DNA from: Octopus sinensis
Lineage: Eukaryota
Reading direction: 5' to 3'
NCBI RefSeq assembly: GCF_006345805.1
Contig: NC_043003.1
Coordinates: 6,200,001-6,264,000, forward strand
Length of the DNA stretch: 64,000 nucleotides
Under the pieces are notes generated by a model that saw only the letters and a list, made by a program, of their open reading frames with translations, ran no database searches and was not told the origin of the DNA. The position numbers were made by a program, and so were the translations under genes. Positions 26,791 to 39,238 of this stretch are shown one piece after another. How positions within the stretch are numbered: position 1 is the stretch's first letter; each line of letters starts with the position of its first letter.

Positions 26791-27430
26791 TATCTAGGGA
26801 GAGGTTGTCGGTGATAGTGAAACCTAGTACAGAGAGCAGCAGATGCCCCTCTACGTCGCATTCATTGACCTCACCAAGGCCTTTGATCTTGTCAGCAGAG
26901 ACGGTCTTTTCAAGGCTCGCCGAAAGATCGGCTGTCCTCCAAAACTGCACAGCTAAATCGAGTTTTTCCACCCCAACATGAAAGGGACTGCGCAGTTCAA
27001 CGGCAACCTCTCCGAGCCCTTCGACATACGCAGCGGGGTCAAACAAGGCTGCTTACTCGCCCAAACCCTTTTCGGGATCTTCTTCTCACTCCTCCTGAGG
27101 CATGTATTTGGCACAGCACAAGAGGTAATATACTTACGGACCAGATCAAATGGTAGGCTGTTCAATCTTGCCCGCCTAAAAGCGAGAACAAAGGTCCGTG
27201 AAGTCCTCATCAGAGACACGCTGTTCGCTGATGCCGCTGCAGTTGCGTCTTACACTCAGAGGGAACTGCAGCTGCTGGTGGACTGCTTGGCCCAGGACTG
27301 CAAAGACTTCGAGATGACTATCAGTCTGAAGAAGACAAACGTTATGGGTCAAGAAACGCCGGCACCACCTGTCATCACCATCGACAACTATGAGCTCGAG
27401 GTTGTCCACCAGTTCATGTATCTCAGTTCA
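26788..27430 (+). mobile_element. RTE-clade (BovB-like) LINE RT fragment with an inversion junction at about 26825
   Basis: LYVAFIDLTKAFD, GVKQGC, LFADAA (catalytic DD lost); 26788-26825 reads LGFTITDNLSLDTE on the minus strand. Confidence 0.88.
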
Positions 27431-27485
27431 TATACATATGTATATACATACATATATTTATACATATTTATACTTATATATATAC

Positions 27486-27530
<45 letters not shown>

Positions 27531-27632
27531 GGAGTAAACACATAAATGTGAAACAAGGTGGAAAAATGAGTACTCAAATACCAGTGGCAGAGTAATATGC
27601 TTCATTTAAAGCAGCAGAAAATTCAACAAAAC

Positions 27633-27670
27633 CTGTTACTCTGAGTTTCCCGTTGCCGTTCATCGGACAG
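27633..27670 (-). ncRNA. Hammerhead, U4C variant (left arm of foldback)
   Basis: Minus strand: ctgt-CCGATGA-a-CG-gcaa-CG-g-GAAAC-tcaga-GTA-acag. Confidence 0.6.
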
Positions 27671-27685
27671 TTTTTGCTAGAAAAA

Positions 27686-27723
27686 CTGTCTGATGAACGG
27701 CAACGAGAAACTCAGAGTAACAG
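27686..27723 (+). ncRNA. Minimal type I hammerhead, intact core (right arm of foldback)
   Basis: ctgt-CTGATGA(27690-96)-a-CG-gcaa-CG-a-GAAAC-tcaga-GTA-acag; GNRA-capped stem II; near-palindromic stem III ACTCAGAGT. Confidence 0.78.
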
Positions 27724-27756
27724 GTTTTGTTGAATTTCTGTGCTGCTTTAAATAAA

Positions 27757-27806
<50 letters not shown>

Positions 27807-27892
27807 AGAATTCACAGAAAAACAAAAGACGAAGACAGGTGGTAGAGACAACAGACAGATGTATTAGTTTAACGCTCGGGAAGTGAAAAAGT

Positions 27893-27928
27893 CTTTAACG
27901 TTTCAAGCTTACGCTCTTCCACAGAAAA
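27893..27928 (-). ncRNA. Hammerhead-like motif, variant core CUGUGGA
   Basis: Minus strand: tttt-CTGTGGA-a-GAGC-gtaa-GCTT-GAAAC-GTT-aaag; within the repeat family of 7530-7725. Confidence 0.6.
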
Positions 27929-28217
27929 GAACCCAGAAAGAAACAAGGAGAGAAAATATAGAAGAGAATATAAAGAAGAGTAAATATAGAGAGAAAATAA
28001 AGTATATGTAGTAGCTGGTGATCCATATATATCATAATCAATAGATTTGTGGGTAATCCATTGCAAAAAGAACATAACGAGTATTTATAATGGAAAGCTC
28101 GTGGTATTTATATGCACATCAAGAAATAATACTTGAGGATAAAACCAGTAGAATAGCAGGGTATAAAATATACTACCCAAATTAGCCCTTACTTGAGTTG
28201 AAATTATAATTAGAAAG

Positions 28218-28271
28218 AAACTACGCGTGTTTCTGTATTGGAAGATCAGACTATAAGTAATCATCAGATTT
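28218..28271 (-). ncRNA. Decayed hammerhead in an AT-rich PLE-like 3' end (about 27950-28340)
   Basis: Minus strand: aaat-CTGATGA..27 nt..GAAAC-acgc-GTA-gttt; stem II poorly paired. Confidence 0.45.
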
Positions 28272-28452
28272 ATAATTCTACCAATACATCTTTTTCTTTT
28301 CAAAATATTATTCAGCTTTTTCAAATCACCATAAAATATATATATATATATACATATATATAGGGAGAGTTTACGAAGAAAAAAAAAGACAAAGACAGGT
28401 GGTGTACAAAACAAACAGATATATTAGTATAATGCTCAGGGATCGAAAAAGT

Positions 28453-28488
28453 CTTTTACGTTTCGAGCCGACACTCTTCTACAGAAAG
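28453..28488 (-). ncRNA. Hammerhead-like motif, variant core CUGUAGA
   Basis: Minus strand: cttt-CTGTAGA-a-GAGT-gtcg-GCTC-GAAAC-GTA-aaag. Confidence 0.62.
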
Positions 28489-28814
28489 GGACACAGAAAA
28501 AACAAGGAGAGAAAAAAAAAGTGTGAGTAGTGGCTAACGATCTATCATGGCGATTGATGTGTGAGTATAGTAGTTTCTTGTTCTCTTCTTTTGAAAGTTC
28601 TAAGGATTCATCCGGCTACAGGAGGGATATCATCATTACTCGCGTCAGTATCCAGGTCGCACGCTGATTTTGATTTAGCGATTACAATTCATTCTGGGCC
28701 AGTGAATCCTGTCTGCATTCGCTTCAGCTTCGTGTGCTGGTAGCGCAGGACTTGAAATTTTCCAGCATTAAACTGCACATATACATATGTGTGTGGTGGT
28801 GTGTGTGTACATTT

Positions 28815-28894
<80 letters not shown>

Positions 28895-28930
28895 GCAGAT
28901 AGATAGGCAGATAGATTGATAGATAGATAG

Positions 28931-28970
<40 letters not shown>

Positions 28971-29559
28971 TGTGTGTGTTTGCGTGTGTGTTCAAATTAT
29001 TCGAAATACGAAACTGTGTCTCCGCAGCAACTCGACAAACCGAGTACATGACCTCAACTCTATAATACTCAGCATTTATCAATAAACAATATTTTATCAA
29101 TCGATATTATTTGGCCCTCAGTCCAAAAGATAATCTCGATTCCAATAAATGGTTAAATCTATTGTTATTCTGCCCCAACCGTTGTCACAAAATAAACAAT
29201 TGTTCTTCCAAAACTAGCAGCAATTCCACACAAATAACAGACAATATTCTACAGAATCCTACATAATATGCTATTGAATAATACCAATTTCTTCCCGGGC
29301 TATTAACTTATTAAATTAAAAGAGAATTTAGTCTCATCTATTGATTATGTGCAGTCGTCTTTTTTATATTTTAGTTCGTTTTTTTTATTTTTCGCAAAGA
29401 ACAGCTTATTATTAAATAAAGAAATTGTTATTGTGTTCAAATAGTAAAATCATTTATATTTGTATGTTGTATTATTTGTTCGACTCACCAGTAGAGATTT
29501 TTTTTTCCTTTTATATTGCCTACGGCCTATTTTTATCCTCCGAGATTGATGATGTAATG

Positions 29560-30500
29560 AGGTGGAGATAACTTTGAGAATAGAAGGGGGGTAATATCTG
29601 GGGTCATATTGAGGTTGTTAATGTTTAGGCTGACTTACTGACGAGTGTCAGGGGTAGGGGGAAGAGGACTTGGTTTCTTTTTTTTTGTTTTTTGCTCTTT
29701 GGAATCAGATAGTGAGTGAGCTGTGACCGCTCCTCTGACCTTTGTAGAATCTTATTAGCATAATAAATATTCCGAGAGGCAATAAATGAAAGGTAGAGAG
29801 TAGGAGAAGGAGAAAAGAGACCGTGAGAGGGAGAGAGGGAGAGTGAAAGAGAAGATGGGAAAGAGAAAGGTTAGTATATTCGCTGGGGTCCAAAATGCAA
29901 CGTAAGAGTCAACAAGTTCAGGAAGAGATATAAAATTAATGAATAATAATAATAATAATAATAATGAGGAAGAGACTGGGACCCAAGACGATAGGGATGA
30001 CATAGAAAGGTGAGGTTAACATCGATCAAAAAGAGCCACAGCTTAGGTTTTAGGACTCACAGTTCTTCAGTATCCTCCTCCAGATCCTGAGAGACTTAGA
30101 AAACTGAATCTCCTCCTGTCAAGAGTTCCGGATGAACCTACCTCACGGCAAGAATCGCAGATGATGGCAGCATAATCAAACTCCCTCATCTGCCAAATGT
30201 CACACATCAGAGGAGGTCCAGGTAGTGAAAGTGTAGCAAAGCTAACGGTGGTGGACCCCAGCTTGGCCGCAGCTCTTGTGTTGGTACTTCTAACGAAAAA
30301 AATGTACAACAGTAAGAATATAAAAATAGAATCAAGAAAAATAATCAATAAAATCCCGAATTATCCGTGAAGGTTCAGCTCGAGTAATTCGGGGCAAATT
30401 CACTCGAAGACTCCCAGCTTACAACGCCATCCTCAAAGCATCAGAAGTGCCATATTTCAGTTTCTTTCCTCCTACTAAGAAAAGCATACTCTGAGCAAAC
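29560..30500 (-). mobile_element. Decayed Tx1/L1-like LINE, ORF1 region and possible start of the APE domain
   Basis: GPPLMCDIWQ..CDSCREVG (knuckle-like) and VSLNINNLN (like the APE start SLNVNGL) in collinear order. Confidence 0.4.
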
Positions 30501-30554
30501 CCATTCTGCCTCACCAGTCTTGCCATTTCCGTCCACCGTTCGATAAACGCATCA

Positions 30555-30860
30555 GAAGGCAGCCTAGTGGTTAGAGCAGCGGACTCGCGGTCGTGGGATC
30601 GCGGGTTCGAATCTCAGACCGGGTGATATGTGTGTTTATGAGCGGAGCACCTAAGCTCCACGCGGCTCCGTCAGAAGGTAATGGCGAACTTCTGCTGACT
30701 CTTTCGCCACAACTTTCTCTCATTCTTTCCTCCTGCATCTTGCAGCTCACCTGCGACGGACCGGCGTCCCGTCCAGGTGGGGAACCTATATGCCAAGGAA
30801 ACCGGGAAACCGGCCCTTATGAGCCAGGCATGGCTCGAGAAGGAACAAACAACAACAACC
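30555..30860 (+). mobile_element. tRNA-derived SINE (family 1 relative)
   Basis: ctagtggttagagcagcggactcgcgg..gggttcgaatctc; (AAC)n tail. Confidence 0.87.
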
Positions 30861-30861
30861 T

Positions 30862-31400
30862 ATTTCTCTACCCTCACCTCTTTTTCAAATGATATTTGAA
30901 GAAATTGTTGAGAGCCGAGACAAAGAGCAAAGTGCCTCTCTTCAGACCTTTCAGACGGGTCCATCACAAGCCTCTTTCACCAAAGCCACTAACCAGAGAA
31001 ATATCTGTCTCACTTTTCTACCAAAGGAAGGTGGTGCGTCGATCTTCCCTCTCCACTCTTTTGACAACTGTATCCGTCCTACACAAGGCAGCAAATGCTC
31101 AACACAAGCCCACAAGTCCCTAATGCACGGACACCGAAAGATTGTGTGCAGGACGGTTTCGTCCTCCGCATGCATTTCGAACAAGTTCGGCTGTTGGCAC
31201 TTCCATGCCTAAAATACTTGTCTCAAATCGACAATACCTTCCTATAGCACTGCTGTACCAAGGACTTTTAGAAGTTTTGCATTGTCCTTGACCTGAAAGT
31301 TTTTCAGAAGAGACCTCCCAGACTGTTCTCGTCGATGTCCAGAGACAATCCCAGGCAATCGTTGCTCACACCGTCATCTAACCCAATATAGAAATCTTGA
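30862..31400 (-). mobile_element. Tx1/L1-like LINE ORF2 C-terminal zinc-finger fragment
   Basis: EDETVLHTIFRCPCIRDLWACVEHLL matches the ET..H.F..C..W pattern. Confidence 0.65.
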
Positions 31401-32913
31401 CATTGTCCCGCTAACAGCTTTGTCTAAGTGGTAGATTGCTATGAGTACATTTTTCGATGCCAAATCTTGGCCTACGCTTTACCCATGATTGCAGCTTGGT
31501 TAAAAGGAGACGAGCTGCAGGAAGACGTAGAACACAAAAGGTGCCCACATCCGTTCGCCCGTGTTTTCGTCGTAGTCGTTGACACCATTGCAGTGATTTA
31601 GATATTTCTGCGGATACGACAGAAGTGATAAAAGGAGATGAAGAGGAGGAGGAGGGGAGGAGATGGAGGGGAGGACGAGGAGGGGAGAGATGGGGATGTA
31701 CGAAAACCAGGGAAGTGGTTTGTGGGGTAATACAATACAATATGATTTGACTGCTATTTCTAGCCGGTTGAGTGAGCTTATAGAGGCCTCATCATTGGTT
31801 CTGTATCGCGTATAACCATTTTTATGTATGTATGTATGTATGTATGTATGTATGTGTGTGTGTATGTATGTAATGAGTGTCTTTGTGTATGTGTCTGCAT
31901 GTGTAGTCGTATATCATGAACAAGTGTGTGTGTGTGTGTGGGCAATTGCATCTGCATGTCAGTTTGAATGGATGTCTTTCTGCTCTCCATGTCTTTGCGT
32001 TCATGAGTATATGTATGAGTGCATATACGTATGTATGCGTTTACGAGTGATTGTGTGCGTATGTATGTGCGTGTTTTTATTTGCATGCGTGGTGTGTGTA
32101 TTTACGTGCGTGCGCGTATATATGCGTGCGGTCGTGTTGTACATTAACGCGATTAATCCGCTCCGTGAAATAAGATTTAAACGATTTGTTGACCAGCACA
32201 ATGAGAGCCACCTCCACCCTCACCTCAACGACCACCACCGCCACCACCACCACCACTTCCACCACCACCTTAATGGTTTATCGATTAGATCAATTACAAC
32301 ATCGTGACTCTCCACGTATCAGGGATCAGGATTCGATACGTTGTCTCGTGCAAATGTTCAAATACCTCGACCAGCCACCACCGCCACCACCGCCACCGCC
32401 GCCACCACCGCCACCACCATCGCCACCACTGTCTCCATTAATATCACAAAACGCCATGTAACCGACCATGCCCACTACCCAAGACCCACTTAACGTCCGC
32501 TCAGCCCCCCACCCCACCCCCTCTTCTTTCACTTTGCCACCCAAAGTTAAAATGTTAGTAAACACCCAATTAAAACTGATCAAAGCTACACGAAGACAAC
32601 TTCGCTTATTATTTCTACTTTGTCAACATAGACTTAACAGATTAACCGACTAATCTTATAATCTCTAACCTCTTGTGACTCTGCTGCGCCCCCCACCACC
32701 TCCCCACTTTCGTAAATATCCTTCTCTTCTGTTCAAAGAAGCTAATCCAGTCTGACCACCGGCTTCTCCGTCCACCTTCACTCAAAATGTCCGTTTCACT
32801 TCTTACACAAAATACTTTAACAAGTAAACGATTCATATGAAACACTTTGACATCTCACGCAACTAACACCTTCCAAGAACCAGATTTCTTGCTAACTGTT
32901 GCCTTGTGTGTGT

Positions 32914-32945
<32 letters not shown>

Positions 32946-33075
32946 GTGTGTGTGTGTGTGAGTGTGTGTGTATGTGTGTGTGTATGCGCGTAATGTATGT
33001 GTGCATCTTTGTATGTGCTTGTGTGTATATTTATCCTCTATCTTCTATCTATCTCTGCCTGTCCGCTGATATATA

Positions 33076-33123
<48 letters not shown>

Positions 33124-33213
33124 ATCCAAACAAGAAAACACAAAAAAACAAAAACGCGAGGACGTGAAAAATAAAGTATTATTGGACGCTCAGGAAGGAA
33201 GGGAAGAAGGAGG

Positions 33214-33251
33214 GTTTCACGTTCGTTCGAGCGGAGCTCTTCGTCGGAAAC
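33214..33251 (-). ncRNA. Decayed hammerhead (U4C core, GAAC duplication) in a PLE-type terminal repeat (33118-33330)
   Basis: Minus strand: gttt-CCGACGA-a-GAGC-tcc-GCTC-gaacgaac-gtg-aaac; same family as 51603. Confidence 0.55.
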
Positions 33252-33810
33252 ATAGAGAAGGAAAGATCCCAGATGGGAAGACAGAGGGAAAAAATCGCCG
33301 GCGGTACTCACGAGGTGATGGAGAGTATTGTAAGATACGCGTGGGGAGAATTGGTGGTGGTGGTGAAAGTGACGATAGTGATGATCATGAGGGTATGACG
33401 TTGATGGTTGGTAGTGATGTGGTGATAGCATAAAGGATGGTGGTGGTGGTAGAAGAGGAGGAGGAGGAGGAGGAACAATATATATATATATATCCATCAA
33501 TCTCTCTCTCTCTACCTCCCCCTCTCTCTCTCTCTACCTCCCTCTCTCTCTCTCTCTCTCCATCCACCATATCCAAACTGTGAACGTGTGTGTATAAAAA
33601 ATTGCTATTTCCAATGAGATAACCGATGCTTAAAAATTCCTTGTAAATCCATTTATATCCAAATTCCAATTAAGTATTAAATATAATTTTACCGCCGATT
33701 TTCTTTCGGAATTGTATGACAGGGTGTCTATCGGAGAGCAGAATAAAGCAAGAGTTTCGGTAAATGAGAACACCAGTTCTCACTCATTTTGCCTACCAAC
33801 ACAGCTTGGT

Positions 33811-34046
33811 AAGGCGGCGAGCTGGCAGAAACGTTAGCACACCGGGCGAAATGCGTAGCCGTATTTCGCCTGCCGTTACATTGTGAGTTCAAATTCCGCC
33901 GAGATCGACTTTGCCTTTCATCCTTTCGGGGTCGATAAATTAAGTACTAGTTACGCACTGGGGGCGATGTAATCGACTTAATACCTATGTCTGACCTTGT
34001 TTGTCCCCTCTGTGTTTAGCCCCTTATGTGTAATAAAGAAATAGGT
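33811..34046 (+). mobile_element. tRNA-derived SINE (family 2)
   Basis: Homologous to 11795-12033. Confidence 0.87.
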
Positions 34047-34074
34047 AATTAACAGTGGTTAAAATTATCATTTT

Positions 34075-34165
34075 TCTTCTGAAGATCTGGAATTGTAAGG
34101 TGATTGTGCAATTAACATATTACCACACAACATGGAAAAATGTTCTAGTGAAACACATGTAAAGA
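34075..34165 (+). ncRNA. Type I hammerhead with long stem II, intact core
   Basis: tctt-CTGAAGA(34079-85)-t-CTGGAAT..GTTCTAG-t-GAAAC-acat-GTA-aaga; 4-bp stem I, 7-bp stem II with wobbles. Confidence 0.72.
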
Positions 34166-34379
34166 TTATGTACTATATGGTGTTATAAGGGATAACCGGC
34201 TCTTTTTTATTCTGCTCTTGTATACATTCATGTGTGTGAGAGAGAGAGAGGAGATGTAGGTGGAGTGAGAAGGAAGATGGCAAAATATGGATTAAATATG
34301 ATGGAGAGTATTGTAAGATACGCGTGGGGAGAATGATAAGTTAATGTAGAGGAGGTCATAATGAAGGAGGTGCGGCGGT

Positions 34380-34735
34380 GGTGGGGGGAAAAGTGGTGGT
34401 GGTGGTGGTGATGGTGGTGGTGGTGGTGGTGGTGGTGGTGGTAGTGATGGTGCTTGTGGTGGTGGTGATGGTGGTGTTGGTGGTGGTGGTAGTATGGTGG
34501 GGTGGTGATGGTGGTGGTGGTGGTGGTGGTAGTGATGGTGGTGGTGGTGATGGTGGTGGTGGTGGTGTGGTGGTGATGGTAGTGATGGTGGTGGTGGTGG
34601 TGGTGATGGTGGTGGTGGTGGTGGTGGTAGTGATGGTGGTGGTGGTGATGGTTGGTGGTGGTGGTGGTGGTGGTGGTGGTGGTGGTGGTGGTGGTTGTGG
34701 TGGTGGTAGAAGAGGAAGGGGAGGAGGAACAACAT
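34380..34735. repeat. (GGT)n trinucleotide tract
   Basis: Direct inspection; source of the poly-V/G/P/H/T ORFs. Confidence 0.95.
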
Positions 34736-34990
34736 AAACAACAGCAACAACAACAAGCACGAGAGAAAAGGAAAACATGATATGCGAAAAATTGGTGACG
34801 GAAGAACCGTGGAGAGAAAGAGGAGAAAAAAATGTAAAAAAAATAGAAAATAATAAATAAGAGAGAAGGAGGAGGAAATATCAGATGTGGGAGGGGTGAG
34901 AGGAAAGAAGAGAGAGAAAAGGAAGAAGAGAAGACAGGAGAAAAGATTTAAGTCTGTGAGAAGCAGGGATTACAAGAATAACAGGTACAC

Positions 34991-35021
<31 letters not shown>

Positions 35022-35147
35022 CTACTATGTATAGTATGTTGTATATAATATGTATATATATACATATGTATATATATATATGTTATATATTATATGTATA
35101 TATGTGTATATATATATCTATGTATATATATATATGTTATATATATA

Positions 35148-35211
<64 letters not shown>

Positions 35212-36049
35212 GTATGTAATATATATGGGTGGACAGAGAGAAGGGGTAGGCAACGTGAGTTGTGTGTCTCTGCAAAAATATGGCAATACAATTCTAAGCG
35301 TGTCTCGTGTTGAGTTAACTCAGAGTTAGCAACAATCGAAGAAATATGTCGTTGTCAAAACATTAAACGCCACGTTGCCAAAACGAAACTAGAGAAGAAG
35401 GAAAAATAGATTTTATTTTGCTTTTATTCCATCTCTACAAATGATTGTGTCTTCGTTGGTGTCCTTTTTATTTTGTTGATTTGTTATTTTTTATTTTTTT
35501 TTTTTTTTTGGTACTGGTTTCTATTTTCCAATGATGAAACTCTGGTAAAATATCTCAAGAAAATATTTTTTCTGTACGTAAGAAAAAATCCCCCAAAATC
35601 TAAGGCAAAGCTTTTCTGCAAAACGAAAGTTAAAATAACACAACGGAGGCTCTCTCTCATACACACACATGCACGTATGCATGCACACATCAAACATGCA
35701 CATAGTTATATATATGCATGCATGTATGCATATATATATATATATACTTATATGATTTAAAGTAAGTCTCTGTAACGTGATAGATATGAATTACGGTGGC
35801 AAATATTAGTAAAACATGGTCGTAAATGAGCGTTAGTTTAATTAAAAGTCTTTGTATTATTAGTGGTATGAGTGATACTGGTGATATTTATTACATTAGA
35901 AATGTTAAAGGCATAAGTAGAAGATTAACATAGAATGTTTGGTTTGGGATTAATTTAGTGAAGTGGAGGAAGTGATTCTCTTGATACACATGCGGGGTAA
36001 CTGCAATTTGGTAGATGTTAGGGTGGGGGTGGAGCTACCTTATTAGATA

Positions 36050-36494
<445 letters not shown>

Positions 36495-36904
36495 GTAGTA
36501 AAGAAAGCATCATTTCAATAATTGATGTTCGCTTCACTAAAAATGCCTGGACAATTTGTTAACCAATTTGATGTTGAAGTCTTCCTATTCTCTCATGGCG
36601 CTTATGAAAGAGAAAACCATCTCCACATACGATAAGATAGCAGGCTTATTCAGATATTTACTGTACATTGTAACTAATAAATTATTAGATTAATTAATTA
36701 TATGGCTGATTAAAAACAATAAAGTACAATAATAGAATTAGCCATCAAATGTAATGGAATAAACCTTCGGCCATGCTGCTCTGCCGTTTGCACTTCAAAC
36801 CATCATCACATTCGTCATAGACCAACAATCCTCAAAAGTAGGAATGACAGAGATTATTGTTGCTGTTGTTCTGGTTGTTGTTGTGGTGTTCTTGTTGTTG
36901 CTGC

Positions 36905-37275
36905 TTGTTTGTTTGTTGAGCGAAGCGGTCTTCGTCCCAGTGGGAGAAGTCCGAAACGTGGTCTTTTGCTATTCGTAAGACCCGCAGAAGAGAAAGCAGG
37001 TCAACCCCCGACACCGAGAGCATCGACGGATGGATGAATTCGCATCCAGGCTCAGCGGTTGCGTAGGAAGTCGGGGACAAGAAACAGGAAGAAAGAGTGA
37101 GAGAAAGTTGGGGCGAAAGAGTACAGCAGGGGTCGCCACCACCCACTGCCGGAGCCACGTGGAGCTTTTAGGTGTTTTCGCTCAATAAACACACACAACG
37201 CCCGGTCTGGGAATCGAAACCGCGATCCTCCGACCGCGAGTCCGCTACCCTAACCACTGGGTCATTGCGCCTCCT
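36905..37275 (-). mobile_element. tRNA-derived SINE (family 1), full length
   Basis: Minus strand starts ggaggcgcaatgacccagtggttaggg, B-box ggtttcgattccc, (CAA)n-type tail. Confidence 0.9.
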
Positions 37276-37640
37276 GTTGTTGCTGCTTAGATCACCCTGG
37301 TTATCCCTGATCAAGTGAAAAGGTATTCCAGCCGTGAGCTCCCCGTCTTTTCTCCCCAATGTACAAAGAGCCTGCGAACACGGTATCCAATGTATTTTTG
37401 CCTAAAACGGTGCGTTGTGATTTGGAAGTTTGGTTGTTATTTCTAGCAGATAGAACGACCACGTAGAAATTGCGTCGTCGGCTTATCAGTTTCTAATGAC
37501 CTACCATAGCGACTTTATACACACGCACACGTATTCACACACACGCGCGCGCACACGCACATTTACACGCGCGCACACACACACACACACATTTTAAACG
37601 ATTGATGCAGAAGATAGAATGTAACTAGAAGCTTTAATAG

Positions 37641-37722
37641 CACTACAATTGTTTCGGCTTCATTCTGCACTGATGCAAGGACATCAGATGTAACGCACGG
37701 TGCAAAAGAGCCTCATTAGGTG
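37641..37722 (-). ncRNA. Hammerhead, G5A core mutant (left arm)
   Basis: Minus strand: cac-CTAATGA-GGCT..49 nt..AGCC-GAAAC-aatt-GTA-gtg; palindromic ACAATTGT. Confidence 0.65.
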
Positions 37723-37938
37723 ACATAACATACTTCTAATGTTACCAGATTTACATTTCATTTTCGCTCCAGGTTATATGCTGGTGGTGCGATCCTAGCA
37801 GTTCAGCTACATTTGGTTAAGTAACCACACATTTGGTTACTTAACCAAATGTGCCTGAACAACTAGGATTGCACCACCTGCATATAACCTGGGGCGAAAA
37901 TGAAATGTAAATCTAGTAACATTTGAAGTATGTTATGT

Positions 37939-38041
37939 CACCTGATGAGGCTCTTTTGCACTGTGCGTTACATCTGATGTCATTACATCATCCCACGACC
38001 ACTAGGGAGCAATGCAGAATGAAGCCGAAACGATTGTAGTG
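37939..38041 (+). ncRNA. Type I hammerhead with long stem II, intact core (right arm)
   Basis: cac-CTGATGA(37942-48)-GGCT..70 nt..AGCC-GAAAC-gatt-GTA-gtg. Confidence 0.78.
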
Positions 38042-38391
38042 CTATTAAAGCTTCTAGTTACATTCTGTCTTACGCATCAATCTTTTAAAATATACCCTTC
38101 GTACACCTCGGAATTCCGGACGTAGATCCAACGACGAACGCACAGTAACGCTGATGACGCCTGGCAGCCATAAGTGGTGAACGTACTCTGCAAACACACT
38201 ACCTGGAGCTTACTCTGAAGCAAGCTTTGGATACTGCATTTAATGCCTACTTTCTAAACCTTAATTCTGAATTTAAATTTTATGTGTGTGTATATATATA
38301 TGGGAGAGTTTACGAAAAAAACAAAAGACGAAGATGGGTGGTATACAAAACAAACAGATGTATTAGTATAACGCTCAGGAATAGAAAAAGT

Positions 38392-38427
38392 CTTTTACGT
38401 TTCGGGCCTACGCTCTTCTACAGAAAG
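38392..38427 (-). ncRNA. Hammerhead-like motif, variant core CUGUAGA
   Basis: Minus strand: cttt-CTGTAGA-a-GAGC-gtag-GCCC-GAAAC-GTA-aaag. Confidence 0.6.
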
Positions 38428-39026
38428 GGACAAAAAAAACCAAGGAGAAAAAAATGTGTGTGGTGGCTAACGATCTATCATGGCGACATATATATATATA
38501 TATATATACACACAAATTAACCCACACATACATCCCTACACACACACACGCACGTACAAGCACACACGCACACATACACTAGGTTAAGCACAGTTACTCG
38601 CCACACACCCAAACTCTACGCATAACACACACGAACACACACATGCACACACACACACTACAAACAAACACACACACATGATACATATACACAGATAACA
38701 CCACATATACCCCTTTGTTTTCGACCTGGTTTTGACCTTGCTGGATACAAAAAAGTGCCACTCCTTTATGACAGCTGGCCTGCCATGCCTGTTATTCACG
38801 ATACATACACACACATGCACGCACAAACACACTTGTCATCCTTGCACACACACACACGCACACACGCTCCCACACACATTCCTTGTCTTTGAAACTCTCT
38901 TGTTTTTAAAAATCATGATTCGTCTACCTTTCAACTTCTGTTCTTTCAACATGTGATCTCTTGAGCACCACCAGCAAAAAATTTTTTTCCTCTGTCTTCC
39001 CTTCTCGGGATCTTTCCTTCTCCTTT

Positions 39027-39061
39027 GTTTCCGACGAAGAGCTCCGCTCGAAAAGTTAAAC
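39027..39061 (+). ncRNA. Decayed hammerhead (U4C, C15.2A) in a PLE-type terminal repeat (38960-39240)
   Basis: gttt-CCGACGA-a-GAGC-tcc-GCTC-GAAAA-GTT-aaac. Confidence 0.55.
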
Positions 39062-39238
39062 CCGCCTTCCCTTCTTTCCTGAGCGTCAAATAATACTTTA
39101 ATTGTTCCACGTCCTCGCGTTGCTGTTTTTTTCTGTGTTTTCTTGTTTGGATTAACTTTATATATATATATATATATACGTTTAAATATTTGTTGTGCAA
39201 GATTTTTTATGTGAAGTCGTGTGTTGAAACAGATATTG

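Larger units (their letters stand above)
37591..38091. repeat. About 500-bp foldback: arms 37591-37827 and 37834-38091, 6-nt loop
   Basis: Arms are reverse complements with scattered mismatches and one 21-nt insertion in the right arm. Confidence 0.95.

Noticed and set aside
38146-38190. CTGATGA-CGCC..GGTG-AACGTA
   Set aside because: GAAA is incomplete and there is no stem I
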